From Bacteriovoracia bacterium (GTDB taxonomy: Bacteria; Bdellovibrionota; UBA1018; CAIPTA01): a stretch of 64,000 bases of DNA. Position 1 is the stretch's first letter, and every line of letters starts with the position of its first letter. Below are positions 43,876-54,110 of this stretch, one piece after another. The stretch is taken from contig JBFWVL010000003.1 of the NCBI GenBank assembly GCA_050246755.1, positions 1-64,000 of the forward strand, read 5' to 3'. The notes beneath the pieces are model-generated. The model ran no database searches. It saw only the letters and a program-made list of their open reading frames with translations, and was not told where the DNA came from. The position numbers and the translations under genes were made by a program.

Positions 43876-45585
43876 ATGCATTCAATGAAAATTATTGTAT
43901 CGGTATTGCTGCTATCCGCCCCGCAGGCTTACGCCAAAGACTACTGCGTGGCGATCCGCGGAAACGGCGAGAATGCCGCCGCCCACTGGGCCGGATTGGC
44001 CCGAATGGTGGAAGAGCAGGGGATGCCGGCGGGCGCGGCGGGCGGTAGCTCGGCCACGGTTTCGATGTTTTTCCTCGATAGCATCGCGGGCAATCCAGCG
44101 GTGACCGCCGAAAAAAATGCGAAGAAGAAGCGTCAGATGCAAGCGCTGCTGTTAAAGTCCCTCCCCCAATTCGTGACCACCATGGGGGAGCGCGACAATA
44201 TTGCCGGCGCCTATAATTTCATCGGTGAGCTGAGCAAAAATAAGTCGGACCTGAAGGCCTCGGCCGCGAAAGTATTCGAAGGCGCCGGCAAGCTGGATTC
44301 GAAACAGGTGAAAAAAGCCTTTCATAAATACGGTCCGCTCGTGAATCCCGAGATGCTTCAGGGCCTGGCCAAGAGCCCGAACTTTTTCCGTAAAGAAGCC
44401 CAGGAAGGCCTGGCGGTATTCGGGAAATTTGATGCTTCGAAGGATGAGAAATTATTTTTCCGCCCCGGCCTGGTGGATTTCAAATCATTCTCCGTGATTC
44501 TCGGCACGATCGCCGATTTCTACGCGGGCAATACGGATCCGAAAACGCAACGGGCCCTCGATGCCTATACCCGGCGCTGCGCCGGTGATTCTTTCGGGAA
44601 GGCCTGGCAGAAATCTCGGGAAGCTTGCAAAAAGCGTTTTGAAAAAATCGTGGGCGATTATCTGGACCGCGGAAAATTTCAGAATAAGGCGCTCTTCTCC
44701 CCGGTGGGAAATCATATCTCGGCGCTGCCCACCACTTCTCTCGTGAAGGGCGAAGGCATGGCGAAGTATGAGGAACTAAAGGCCGCTTACAATAATGGCG
44801 AGAAGCGGGACTACGGAAAATTCTCGGTGAACTTCGATCGCGACGTGGAATTCGGCTATTGGGGAAAGAAGCGCGATCTTGCCAGGGCGGATCGAGGCCT
44901 CGAATCCGACCGCCGCGCCGGCGATTTGAAGGCACAAAAATTTAAGGCGCTTGGGGGCGCGAACTGGTTCGAGGTGCTCGCCGTTTCTCCCGCCGAACCG
45001 GGCCTCGCCAATCTCCAGGCAATCCCCCAAAAAACTTCCCGCGAGCAAGTCCTGGCTGAATTAAAAAAACCGGTGCTCGATCGCTGGAAAGGCTTGAACT
45101 ACCGCTCCGATATGCTTTCGGCGGGCGGGTGGTCGGACCTCGCGCCCGTGGGCGTGCTTAAAGCCATGGGCTGTAATTCCGTTACCTACCTCACGCGCAA
45201 GGGCGGCGACACGATCTTCGGCCAGCAAGTTTTGATCAAGCTCGCCGGCGACAAAGAAAATGTTCCCTTCTGGATGAATATCAAAGACCAGAACGCGGAG
45301 GGCTGGAACACCGCCGGCACGGCCGCCGAGAAAACGGCCTGGAATCGCCTTTCGAACCGAGGGAACCTAAACAGTTCCCTGCAGAATTCCATGCGCAAAG
45401 CGGATTCTTTTTATTGCACCGACTGGGACGCCTACGAGGTTTTCGGCGGGCAGATGTGGCCGATGGTGGACGAAGCCTACGCGGCCGGATTGAATTCGCG
45501 TAAAACCGAAGCCGGTTGCCACGGCATGAAACTGCCGCAGGCGGAGGCCGTGGCTGAAGATGTGATGGAAAAAAGCGCGCTTTAG
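43876..45585 (+). CDS. Secreted protein, possibly a patatin-like hydrolase
   Basis: Signal peptide; AIRGNG loop, AGGSSA elbow, AGGWSD. ORF is solid; function uncertain. Confidence 0.55.
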   Translation: MHSMKIIVSVLLLSAPQAYAKDYCVAIRGNGENAAAHWAGLARMVEEQGMPAGAAGGSSATVSMFFLDSIAGNPAVTAEKNAKKKRQMQALLLKSLPQFVTTMGERDNIAGAYNFIGELSKNKSDLKASAAKVFEGAGKLDSKQVKKAFHKYGPLVNPEMLQGLAKSPNFFRKEAQEGLAVFGKFDASKDEKLFFRPGLVDFKSFSVILGTIADFYAGNTDPKTQRALDAYTRRCAGDSFGKAWQKSREACKKRFEKIVGDYLDRGKFQNKALFSPVGNHISALPTTSLVKGEGMAKYEELKAAYNNGEKRDYGKFSVNFDRDVEFGYWGKKRDLARADRGLESDRRAGDLKAQKFKALGGANWFEVLAVSPAEPGLANLQAIPQKTSREQVLAELKKPVLDRWKGLNYRSDMLSAGGWSDLAPVGVLKAMGCNSVTYLTRKGGDTIFGQQVLIKLAGDKENVPFWMNIKDQNAEGWNTAGTAAEKTAWNRLSNRGNLNSSLQNSMRKADSFYCTDWDAYEVFGGQMWPMVDEAYAAGLNSRKTEAGCHGMKLPQAEAVAEDVMEKSAL

Positions 45586-46223
45586 TGGCGGGTATGGGCC
45601 GAGCAAATTTCGGGCAATAGGCCTTCGATCACGTAGGCTTCGAGCTGGGCGAGCATCTCGTCGGGCTCTTGGGTCACGGAAAGCTCGTCGTAATAAAAAC
45701 AAAGAAGATTTCCGTATTTTTGCACTAGGCCGCTGATCACGTGGGCCCGCAGGCGCGCCTCGTTCGCGCTGAGGCGATAACCGGAAGCGCGCTGTACCAG
45801 CGCCGTAAGCCGATCATGAAAGGGATGCCAGAGATTCGCCGTGATGCGTTTCTTGAGTGCCGGCTCTTCGAGCAGCGTGCGCTGGGCGAGGAGATGAAAG
45901 CTTTGGTCGTTGCGCACGAAGGCGAAGAGACCGCGGACGAGCTCCTGCACGTCCTTCAGGGAAAGCGGGCCGGCCTTTTTCGATGGAGGAGCGAGCAATT
46001 CGTCGAGGCTATCGAGTTTCTCGTCGAGCACGGCATCCCAGAGGCCTTCCTTACCGCCAAAATAATAGGAAACCAGCGCCCCATTCGCCCCGCTCTTGGC
46101 CGAAATCTGGCGCAGCGTGGTGGCCTGGAATCCCTGCTTGGCAAAAAGCTTTTCCGCCACCCGCAGGATGGTGGAGCGGCTTTTGCGGCTCTGGGATTTG
46201 GCTAGAGGCTGAACTTGGGCCAT
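45582..46223 (-). CDS. TetR/AcrR family transcriptional regulator
   Basis: LFAKQGFQATTLRQI...LVSYYFGGKEGL helix-turn-helix. Confidence 0.92.
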   Translation of the reverse strand: MAQVQPLAKSQSRKSRSTILRVAEKLFAKQGFQATTLRQISAKSGANGALVSYYFGGKEGLWDAVLDEKLDSLDELLAPPSKKAGPLSLKDVQELVRGLFAFVRNDQSFHLLAQRTLLEEPALKKRITANLWHPFHDRLTALVQRASGYRLSANEARLRAHVISGLVQKYGNLLCFYYDELSVTQEPDEMLAQLEAYVIEGLLPEICSAHTRH

Positions 46224-46227
46224 TGGT

Positions 46228-46752
46228 TTAGTTTCCGCGTACTACGCGCAGCTGGCCGTCGATCGTGTCGCCGATCGTGAAAACAATGGGACCTTCGATC
46301 ACGCCGTTACGCATGGTGCCCGACATCTGCACCACCCCTTGATTGGGAGTGGGGGAAACGATCTTGTCGATATTTTCCATGGCAACGGTTCCCGGCTCTT
46401 CGTAGTAGCGGACGCGCACGGGGCGCCGGGCCGCGGGAGTGATGCTAAGGTAATCGGTGCGGATGAAAAATCCACGGAGTTCGGGATGGAACGTAACTTC
46501 CCGGCTATCGTTCGTGGTTCCGTCGGCTACGTCTACCACGCTAAGGCGTACTTCTACCGGGATCGGGCGGCGGTCACCCGAGTTGGGCACCACGGTGCCG
46601 CGGTAGGTTCCGTTGAATTGCGAAAGCCTGGCTCTCAACCTGTCTATGTCCTGCAATTCCTTCGCGTTGGTGGAATCGGTCTCTTTTGGGCCACAGCCAG
46701 CGAGCAATAAGAGCGCGGAAAGGAGGAAAAAGCAGTATTTTGACGTCGACAT
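46228..46752 (-). CDS. Hypothetical lipoprotein
   Basis: Lipobox LLAGC; ATG at 46752; ends 4 nt upstream of tetR. Confidence 0.75.
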   Translation of the reverse strand: MSTSKYCFFLLSALLLLAGCGPKETDSTNAKELQDIDRLRARLSQFNGTYRGTVVPNSGDRRPIPVEVRLSVVDVADGTTNDSREVTFHPELRGFFIRTDYLSITPAARRPVRVRYYEEPGTVAMENIDKIVSPTPNQGVVQMSGTMRNGVIEGPIVFTIGDTIDGQLRVVRGN

Positions 46753-46788
46753 AGGCACCCCGGGGCGATTTCTCGTTTTCGGCTTGAA

Positions 46789-46810
46789 TTTAATCAACCA
46801 ATTAACTAAA
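46789..46810. promoter_or_regulatory. Putative TetR operator between divergent lipoprotein operons
   Basis: Imperfect palindrome TTTAATCAA-CCAA-TTAACTAAA in an AT-rich intergenic region. Confidence 0.4.
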
Positions 46811-46861
46811 TAAAGGGAACAAACGAAGCTGTCAACGTGATTCCGAAACGGTCGGGGGCCT

Positions 46862-48064
46862 ATGAAAAACAGATTTTTGCTTTTGGGCGTATTTTTGCTC
46901 GTATCTTGCGGATCCAAAGACAACGTGGCTACCGATGGCGACCTCGCTTTGATCGGCGGCGGCGGCCAGGGACAAATCGACCAACCCATCGACGGTGGTG
47001 GCAGACCCAGCACCGGCACTTTGATTCAGATCGCTTGCCAGTCCACTCCCGAGCTAGGCATCACGCTGCCCAACTCTCAGATGCCAAGCGGCCAGCGTTT
47101 CGTGGATGCCATTCCTCGCCTTGGTTCCAACGAGAGCCGCGCTCCAACCGTGCTCGGCGTGCAAAATAATGTCCTCTCGGCGCTCTTCGTGTCCGGGGCA
47201 AAAGTGTACTCGGTTCGCTACGATTTATCCCAGCACCAGCAGCTCGAAAAACCAGTGTCTCTAGGCAGCGCAGGTGGCGGCAGCTCCGAGGTCTATCGCA
47301 AGCTTGGCTTCTCGCAGCCTCGTTTGGCGGCCACCTCCCCAAACGGGCGTTCATTCGTTCTTTCCAGCGGCGGAAATTTAAGCCTTCGCTCGGTGGCCAA
47401 CCCCGAGGATTCTTCTCGCGGCTGGAAACTCGGTGGCGGCTTCCAGCAGCCTCGCTGGGACGGCAACGAAATTTTCGTGGACCGCATCAGCGGCGGGCGG
47501 CTCGCTCAGTCGGTGATTTTCGTGGACCAAAATGGCAATCAGCAGGGCGTGAAATCCGCCCCCGGTGCGCTTTCCGGACTTAACCAAATCGGCTTGCGCC
47601 GCTACGACGCTAAATCCTATATTTGGCTCGAGCACGGCTCCAGCCGCGCCGTACTGCGTGTTTGGAATGCGGAAAATGGCAGCGTAAAAAACTTTGAGCT
47701 GCCCAATGGAAAAGTTTTCGGTCCCGGTTTCGCTTTGTTGCGCTCTTCGCCCGAAGCGGGCGCCCGGGCCGTGTTGAACTCGCGTGAGGGTATTTTCTAT
47801 TTTACCCTGAGTGAAGATGGGCAAGTATCCGCCGATTCTTATCCTTACCCTGACGATACGCAGCGCTTGATTGATAAGAAAGAATATCCGATCGATTGGA
47901 ATCCGGGCGCAATCTATTCCGCCGCGGGCGATACCCAGTTATTCGCGATCCTCCCTTCCACCTTCGGCAACCGGATGCTGATGGCGATCGACAATGAATA
48001 CTCCTACCGTTTGCTCGGTTTCGAAGCCTGCGCCAATCCCGATTTCTACCGCACGAGGAACTAG
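46862..48064 (+). CDS. Hypothetical lipoprotein, beta-propeller-like
   Basis: Lipobox LVSC; beta-rich; Cys residues near both ends of the domain. Confidence 0.75.
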   Translation: MKNRFLLLGVFLLVSCGSKDNVATDGDLALIGGGGQGQIDQPIDGGGRPSTGTLIQIACQSTPELGITLPNSQMPSGQRFVDAIPRLGSNESRAPTVLGVQNNVLSALFVSGAKVYSVRYDLSQHQQLEKPVSLGSAGGGSSEVYRKLGFSQPRLAATSPNGRSFVLSSGGNLSLRSVANPEDSSRGWKLGGGFQQPRWDGNEIFVDRISGGRLAQSVIFVDQNGNQQGVKSAPGALSGLNQIGLRRYDAKSYIWLEHGSSRAVLRVWNAENGSVKNFELPNGKVFGPGFALLRSSPEAGARAVLNSREGIFYFTLSEDGQVSADSYPYPDDTQRLIDKKEYPIDWNPGAIYSAAGDTQLFAILPSTFGNRMLMAIDNEYSYRLLGFEACANPDFYRTRN

Positions 48065-48868
48065 ATGAAGACCTGCATGTTTTTTTTATTTCTGTTGATC
48101 GCGATGCCCTTGGCAGAAGCGAAGCCGAAAAAAAATTCCGCCAAGCCGGATCCGAGGCAAATGTCGGAAATAGAGCTTAGAAATACGGCCGAGAGCGAAT
48201 TGCGCAGTGTTGATCTACCGAAAGAAAAAGCGGCTCCCCTCCAAACTCCTTCCTACGATTCCGGTCTAGTTTCGACCTCCGAGATCCTGCGCGAAGACGA
48301 GAAAGAGCCTTTGCCCGCTTCCGAAATGGACTTGGGTGCCCAGGCTTTTCGCCCGGTTGGAACGGGCCGGGTTTCTTCGGGAGAGACTTATTCTTTCGAC
48401 GGCCTCAGTGCCAAGCCCATGATTCTCCTCGGCGGAAGGCATTGGCTTTACCAAGGTTTGCGCACCAGCGTTCCCGCACGCGTGGGCTTGGGCCTGCAAG
48501 TAGGGGTGAGTTCTAGTACCCTGCGTATCCAAACCAACCGCGGCTTCGTGTACGACAATGTGCGCCTCAATTCTTTTCTGGCCATGGTCGGACCCGACGC
48601 GGAATACTTTTTAGACCGCCGCCGCCGATTGGCAGTGGGGGCTCGCGTAGCCGCCGGCCGCATGCTTTTGAGTCAGTCCGCGCCAAACTCCTCGATCACT
48701 CAGAGCCGTTCGGTGGGGGCCTGGGAAGCGGGTGGTCATCTGCGGTACCAGCCCACGCGTTCTTTTTTCGTGAACGCGGCCTACGCGCGTCGCGCTACGA
48801 TAGGCGCTGGGCAAGGACTGGGAATCCAGCAAAATAATTACGAGGCATTAATCGGCTTTGGAATGTAG
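48065..48868 (+). CDS. Putative outer-membrane beta-barrel protein
   Basis: Signal peptide; amphipathic strands; C-terminal YEALIGFGM. Confidence 0.65.
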   Translation: MKTCMFFLFLLIAMPLAEAKPKKNSAKPDPRQMSEIELRNTAESELRSVDLPKEKAAPLQTPSYDSGLVSTSEILREDEKEPLPASEMDLGAQAFRPVGTGRVSSGETYSFDGLSAKPMILLGGRHWLYQGLRTSVPARVGLGLQVGVSSSTLRIQTNRGFVYDNVRLNSFLAMVGPDAEYFLDRRRRLAVGARVAAGRMLLSQSAPNSSITQSRSVGAWEAGGHLRYQPTRSFFVNAAYARRATIGAGQGLGIQQNNYEALIGFGM

Positions 48869-48878
48869 AGTGGTGTTC

Positions 48879-50303
48879 GTGCGATTTTTATCGGCTTTAG
48901 TTTTTCTTTTTTCTCTTTCCGCCCATGCCGAGATCCAGGTGGATCCCCAATTCGTGGTGGATAAAGTTCTTGGTGACGGACGCCAGGCCAAACAAATCGA
49001 GCTCGAGGCGCAGCAGGCCTTTACCGGCTACTACACGAATTACTCGATCTACGATTGGCGCCTCGGCTCCACTCTTTCTGTGGAAGACAGCCGTCGCCAG
49101 CTTCTGTCCGGCGGGGGAAATCTTCGTGAGCGCACCGGTATCTGGGATATCTTGGTTTCGAAACGGATTCCCACCGGTACGAATTTCGACATCGGCTTTT
49201 CCCGCACTAAGCAAAATACTATCTATCGCCCGGGAGTGATCAATACTTACCGCGGGGCCTATGCTGTTTATGACGTAGGGGAGTTAACCATCACGCAGGA
49301 CTTGCTCGGAAATTTTTTCGGTATCGCCGAGCGCAAGGCCAATAAGGCCGCCGATTCGCTCCTTCGTGCCGCGGAACTTCAGAAGAAAGAGAAGCAAGAA
49401 GGCCTCGTACTCGATGCGCTGAAGCTGTTCTGGGACACCTTCGTGGCCCGCGAATCCTTGCGCGAAGCGATCGCGCAGCGGGACCGCTACGAAGCTCTCG
49501 TGAAGGACGTGGAAAATAAGAACCGTCTCGGCTTCGCCAGCCCTGGCGACTTGCCTAAATCCCGCGCCGAGCTCAATGCGCAAGTTCGCAATGTGAAGCT
49601 GGCCTCTTTTACCTACCTGAAAAATTTGGATCTTCTGCTCACCGCGATGCGCTTACAAGACGTGAATGACCGCGACGTGCGCTTCGTGTTGAAAGAGGAA
49701 ATGCCCGCCGTGCCGGCGATGATGATGCCCGACGTGGAGTCCTTGCGCGTGATTGACATCGCCAAGATGACCCTCGATTCTGCGGAGCTCACCAAAACGG
49801 CCGCCACGCTCGCTTCCGACTGGCCGGAGCTGAAGCTGGTCGGTAAATCGACTTTTACCGGGCTCGAGGCCAATCAAAATCGCTCCTTCGCTGCCATGAC
49901 TTCTGGCGATCATCCTGATTACTACGTAGCCCTCACCCTAAACTATCGCTTTTTCTCCGATAAGGTGAAGGCCGACAAAAATCAGGCCGGAGTGGCGTTC
50001 GAGATCGCTTCCAATGCCTACCTCAAGTTTCGGGAAGACCTTCGCCAGGAAATCGGCACCGCGATGGAAAACGTGCGCTATACCTACGCCGCCGCGATCT
50101 CGGCTACCGAGGAGTTAAAGCAGTGGGAAGCCGCCATCAAGGCGCAAGAAACCAGCTACCGCCAGGGCCGCCTAGATTTTTCGCAATTCATTCTCGACTA
50201 TAATTCGTATTTCCGCGCTCGTTCCAATCGCCTGCGCGCGATTGGCGACTACCATATCGCGCTCCACGCCTACGCGGCGGCGATCGATCAGCTCGTAAAA
50301 TAA
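48879..50303 (+). CDS. TolC family outer membrane protein
   Basis: Signal peptide; two OEP-like repeats (ITQDLLGN, RLGFAS, SYRQGR.D). Start uncertain (48870-48879). Confidence 0.8.
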   Translation: MRFLSALVFLFSLSAHAEIQVDPQFVVDKVLGDGRQAKQIELEAQQAFTGYYTNYSIYDWRLGSTLSVEDSRRQLLSGGGNLRERTGIWDILVSKRIPTGTNFDIGFSRTKQNTIYRPGVINTYRGAYAVYDVGELTITQDLLGNFFGIAERKANKAADSLLRAAELQKKEKQEGLVLDALKLFWDTFVARESLREAIAQRDRYEALVKDVENKNRLGFASPGDLPKSRAELNAQVRNVKLASFTYLKNLDLLLTAMRLQDVNDRDVRFVLKEEMPAVPAMMMPDVESLRVIDIAKMTLDSAELTKTAATLASDWPELKLVGKSTFTGLEANQNRSFAAMTSGDHPDYYVALTLNYRFFSDKVKADKNQAGVAFEIASNAYLKFREDLRQEIGTAMENVRYTYAAAISATEELKQWEAAIKAQETSYRQGRLDFSQFILDYNSYFRARSNRLRAIGDYHIALHAYAAAIDQLVK

Positions 50304-51572
50304 CTATCGCTCTAGGATCGCCGTAACGCCCATGCCGCCGCCGGTGCAGATGGAGATCAGGCCGCGTCCGCTGCCTTTTTTCTCCAGGAGCTTTCCGAGA
50401 TTGGCGATGATCCGCCCGCCGGTGGCGCCGAAGGGATGGCCGAGCGCCACGCTTCCGCCCACCACGTTCATTTTCGCGCGGTCGATGCTGCCGAGCTTGC
50501 CGGGAAGGCCGAGGCGATTGCGGCAGAAATCTTCCGATTCCCAGGCCTTCAGGGTGCAGAGCACCTGAGCGGCGAAAGCCTCGTGGATTTCGTAGAAGTC
50601 GAAATCCTGAAGCTTGATCCCTTTGCGCATCAGCATCTTCGGCACGGCGTAGGCCGGAGCCATGAGCAGTCCTTCTTTTTTCACGGTGAAGTCCACCGCG
50701 CTCACTTCGCAGTCCACGAAATAGGCCTGGATGGGGAGATTATGGCGGCGGGCGTAGTCTTCGCTGCAGAGGAGCACCGCGGAAGCGCCATCGGTGAGGG
50801 GAGTGCTATTGCCGGCCGTAAGCGTTCCCTTCCCGCTGCGGTCGAAAGCGGGTTTCAGTTTAGCGAGTTTTTCGAGGGTGGTGTCTCCGCGCACGTTATT
50901 GTCTTTGGTGGCACCGGAAAAAGGGAATACTAGGTCATCATAAAAGCCTTCGGCCCAAGCCTTGGCGGCGTTTTTATGGCTCGTGAGAGCGAGCTCGTCT
51001 TGTTCCTTCTGCGTGAGCTTCCATTCCTGCGCCATTAGCTCGCAGTGTTCGCCCATGGAGAGGCCGGTGCGGGGCTCGGTAACGGCGGGAAATCTGGGTT
51101 TTAAGTCGGCGGCGCGCAGCGAGAACCAAGGCTTGATCTTGTCCACGAAAGTGCGGCCCTTGGCGCTGGTCACAAGAGTTTTCGAAAGTTTGGCGCTGTA
51201 GGCGATTGGCACGTCGCTCATCATGTCGAATCCGCCTGCGATGCCCACCTCGATTTGCCCGAGGGCGATTTTATTCCCAATTTGGATCGCCGCTTCGAGG
51301 CCGGTGCCGCAGGCGCGCTGCACGCCCACGCCGGGAGTCTCGTTGGCGAGGCCGATGCCGAGGGCCACTTCGCGGGCCAAGTTCCAATCCGCCGAGTGGT
51401 TCATCACTCCGCCGAGGGCGATATCGCCGAGCACTTTCCCGTTTAAATTAAACTTAGTTACCAGAGCCTTGGCCGCGGCCGTCATGAGTTCCTGGTTGTT
51501 ATTGTTGGCGTAGTTGCTATTGGCCCGGCAAAAGGGAATCCGGGCTCCGCCTACTAGTACAACTTTTTTCAT
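50304..51572 (-). CDS. Acetyl-CoA C-acyltransferase (thiolase, FadI-like)
   Basis: RACGTG, TAGNSTPLTDGA, EIHEAFAAQ, GHPFGATG, ICTGGG. Confidence 0.93.
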   Translation of the reverse strand: MKKVVLVGGARIPFCRANSNYANNNNQELMTAAAKALVTKFNLNGKVLGDIALGGVMNHSADWNLAREVALGIGLANETPGVGVQRACGTGLEAAIQIGNKIALGQIEVGIAGGFDMMSDVPIAYSAKLSKTLVTSAKGRTFVDKIKPWFSLRAADLKPRFPAVTEPRTGLSMGEHCELMAQEWKLTQKEQDELALTSHKNAAKAWAEGFYDDLVFPFSGATKDNNVRGDTTLEKLAKLKPAFDRSGKGTLTAGNSTPLTDGASAVLLCSEDYARRHNLPIQAYFVDCEVSAVDFTVKKEGLLMAPAYAVPKMLMRKGIKLQDFDFYEIHEAFAAQVLCTLKAWESEDFCRNRLGLPGKLGSIDRAKMNVVGGSVALGHPFGATGGRIIANLGKLLEKKGSGRGLISICTGGGMGVTAILER

Positions 51573-51579
51573 AAATTCC

Positions 51580-52353
51580 TCACACGATCGGTTGGTAATG
51601 GCTTTGGATGGCCTGGTATGCAGTTTGGGCTATTGTATCCCGGTCCGAATCGGCGGCAACCGGGATTTCCGGGAGTACACTGAGCCGGATACGGATTCGG
51701 TTATAGCTTAGCAGCCTTAGCGAATGCGAGAAGAAGGGCATATCGCCGTACCAACAGAGGATCTGGTGGCTAGCGCGGGTCACTTTCCTCCCGTCGATCT
51801 TTTCGTACTGGATCACGATCGGCAGAACGGGCTTCCCACCAAGGATGGCCGCCGCGAAGAGCGGGCGTTTGAAGGGCAGGATTTTTGATCCGTCCGTGGA
51901 GGTGGCTTCGGGAAAAACGCCCACCGGAAAGCCTTGCTTCAAGGCATTTTCCACCTCTCCCACCTCGCCGCGAATATTAGAGCGGGATCTCCTCTCCACG
52001 AAGAAAGAGCCGGCGAGCTTGGTGAAAGTGCCGAGAAAAAAAGCATCGCGCATTTCCACCGAAGTCACGAAGGCCATGGGCGTGAGGGCGGAGAGCAGCA
52101 GGGGGTCAAGGTAGGAAAGGTGGTTGGCCACCACGAAATAATTCTCACCGGCGCGGATATTCTCCCTTCCCTCCACGGTAATTTTTATGCCCATCACCGC
52201 CAGCAAAACACGGCACATGCGGCTGAGGAAATGGAGTAGAAAAAGTTTTTGGTCGTGGGGATTACGAATCAGCAGCCGGCCCAAGGAGGCGAAGATCACG
52301 TAGATCACGAGGAGCGCCGCGAACACGAAGGTTTTCCAAATCCGGTGAATCAA
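51580..52353 (-). CDS. Lysophospholipid acyltransferase (PlsC/OlsA family)
   Basis: NHLSYLD, FVER, FPEATS. Confidence 0.92.
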   Translation of the reverse strand: MIHRIWKTFVFAALLVIYVIFASLGRLLIRNPHDQKLFLLHFLSRMCRVLLAVMGIKITVEGRENIRAGENYFVVANHLSYLDPLLLSALTPMAFVTSVEMRDAFFLGTFTKLAGSFFVERRSRSNIRGEVGEVENALKQGFPVGVFPEATSTDGSKILPFKRPLFAAAILGGKPVLPIVIQYEKIDGRKVTRASHQILCWYGDMPFFSHSLRLLSYNRIRIRLSVLPEIPVAADSDRDTIAQTAYQAIQSHYQPIV

Positions 52354-52856
52354 GGTTTTCCCCGTTTCAAGGAAAGGGTGAGAGTGAATTCCGCCACTTT
52401 CTCCTTAGGATTTTTGGCCAACACGGCGTAAGCCGGCACCGCAAGATTTTTACGGTCGGGGCTGGCGATGGCCTCGTCCACAACTTTGGCCACCATCTCG
52501 CCCGCTTCGCACACGAAGAGCACGTCTCCTTCGGGCCGTTTAATGAAGTTGGCGTGGAAATCCTTGAACGCAAACTGCACCTTCGCTTTGCGTTTCCGCA
52601 CGTGGTGCACGGCCAGGAGCCCCACCACGCAGTCGGCGCCCATCGCGAGCGTTCCGAAATACATCGATTTGAGGTGGTTGCGGGTCCAGCGGTTGAGCGC
52701 GATTTTTACTTCCACGCGTTCGTCGGTGATTTCGGTAACTGAAGGCCGCACCGAAAGCAGGAGCGGTACGTGCAGGAGGCCGAAGCCCCGGAGAAGAGCC
52801 GTGGCGCGAAAGGAGGCGGGTAGGTGAGATGCCAGTTTTGCGAAATCGGGAATCAT
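52350..52856 (-). CDS. Hotdog-fold thioesterase-like protein (DUF4442/PaaI-like)
   Basis: TRNHLKSMYFGTLAMGAD. Confidence 0.85.
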   Translation of the reverse strand: MIPDFAKLASHLPASFRATALLRGFGLLHVPLLLSVRPSVTEITDERVEVKIALNRWTRNHLKSMYFGTLAMGADCVVGLLAVHHVRKRKAKVQFAFKDFHANFIKRPEGDVLFVCEAGEMVAKVVDEAIASPDRKNLAVPAYAVLAKNPKEKVAEFTLTLSLKRGKP

Positions 52857-52874
52857 GGCAAGATTCTAGTGCGA

Positions 52875-53675
52875 ATGAACCTTCTGCTCAATTTTTTGTT
52901 GGGAATTGGCATCGGCTGCTACGGTACCTTGGTTGGGGCGGGCGGTGGATTTCTGCTCGTTCCACTTTTTCTCCTGCTCTACCAGTTTCCTCACCAAATG
53001 GCGGTAGGCACCTCATTGGCCATCGTGGCCTTCAATGCGTTCTCTGGCGCACTGGGTTACGTGAAGGACGGAAAAGTCGATTTCCGTGCGGGGATCACCT
53101 TTGCGGTAGCCACGGTTCCTGGCGCCATCGGTGGGGCCTATCTCACCGGTATGATGTCCGGGCCTTTATTTCTCCGCATCTTCGGAGTTTTTCTGATCTG
53201 TGTTTCGCTCTACTTATTTTTGCGTAAAGAGCGCAAGGAAGTGGTCGTGATTCACGGGAAGCGCGGCTGGGGTTGGATCACGAGAAAGACCCAAACGGCT
53301 CATGGCGAGGTGGAATACGAATACTTTGAGCCGCTCGGCTTAAGCATCAGCGTGGTAGTAGGGGCGGTTTCGAGCTGGCTCGGCATCGGCGGAGGAATCC
53401 TCCACGTGCCGGCGATGACGGAGGTTCTGCGTTTTCCGGTGCACGTGGCGGTGGCCACTTCGCATTTTGTGCTGGCATGGACGGCACTCGTGGGGGCAGT
53501 GATGCACGCGAGGGCCGGGCACTGGGATCCCACGGTGGCACTCTCGGTGGGGGCGGGCGCCGTGTTGGGAGCGCAGATCGGCGTGCGGTTTTCGCGCCAG
53601 GCGAAGGGCTCGGCTATTTTACGGTATCTTTCGCTGGCGTTATTACTGGTGGGACTGCGGCTGTTAGTTGGGTAG
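52875..53675 (+). CDS. TSUP (TauE/SafE) family transporter
   Basis: GAGGGFLLVP...AVGTSL and GIGGGILHVP...AVATS. Confidence 0.92.
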   Translation: MNLLLNFLLGIGIGCYGTLVGAGGGFLLVPLFLLLYQFPHQMAVGTSLAIVAFNAFSGALGYVKDGKVDFRAGITFAVATVPGAIGGAYLTGMMSGPLFLRIFGVFLICVSLYLFLRKERKEVVVIHGKRGWGWITRKTQTAHGEVEYEYFEPLGLSISVVVGAVSSWLGIGGGILHVPAMTEVLRFPVHVAVATSHFVLAWTALVGAVMHARAGHWDPTVALSVGAGAVLGAQIGVRFSRQAKGSAILRYLSLALLLVGLRLLVG

Positions 53676-53683
53676 GGGCTTAC

Positions 53684-53701
53684 TTTCGCGGCGCCGCGAA
53701 A
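53684..53701. terminator. Loopless 18-bp palindrome between convergent genes, probable terminator
   Basis: TTTCGCGGC|GCCGCGAAA, flanked by TAC and AGTA. Confidence 0.55.
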
Positions 53702-53750
53702 AGTATTCGAAAAACGAACGCGGCGTTACTTCAGCAGTGGAAGTAAAGAC

Positions 53751-54110
53751 CTAACGGAACTTCCATGCGCTCCACGCCAGCGAGAGCCAGCCTACGATAA
53801 ATAATAATCCGCCCATTGGCGTGATCGCACCGAGCCATTTGGTGCCAGTGAGGGCCAATAAGTAGAGGCTTCCCGAGAAAAAGAAAATTCCGAGCCCGAA
53901 TCCCCAATGCGAAACGGGAAGACGCGATTGAAACTGACGTTCGCAGATCCCTAGCAGCACGAGGGCCAGGGCATGGCTTAAATGGTAGGCGGCGGCGGTA
54001 TGCCAGATTTTGAGCCCGTATTCGTCGAGCACTTTCTCGAGACCGTGGGCACCGAACGCCCCCATCACCACCGCGAGAAAAGCCTGGAGGGCGCCATGCA
54101 CGATCGTCAT
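53751..54110 (-). CDS. DUF423 (YgdD/TMEM256) membrane protein
   Basis: GAFGAHGL, TAAAYH..H, FSGSLY, GAITPMGG. Confidence 0.93.
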   Translation of the reverse strand: MTIVHGALQAFLAVVMGAFGAHGLEKVLDEYGLKIWHTAAAYHLSHALALVLLGICERQFQSRLPVSHWGFGLGIFFFSGSLYLLALTGTKWLGAITPMGGLLFIVGWLSLAWSAWKFR

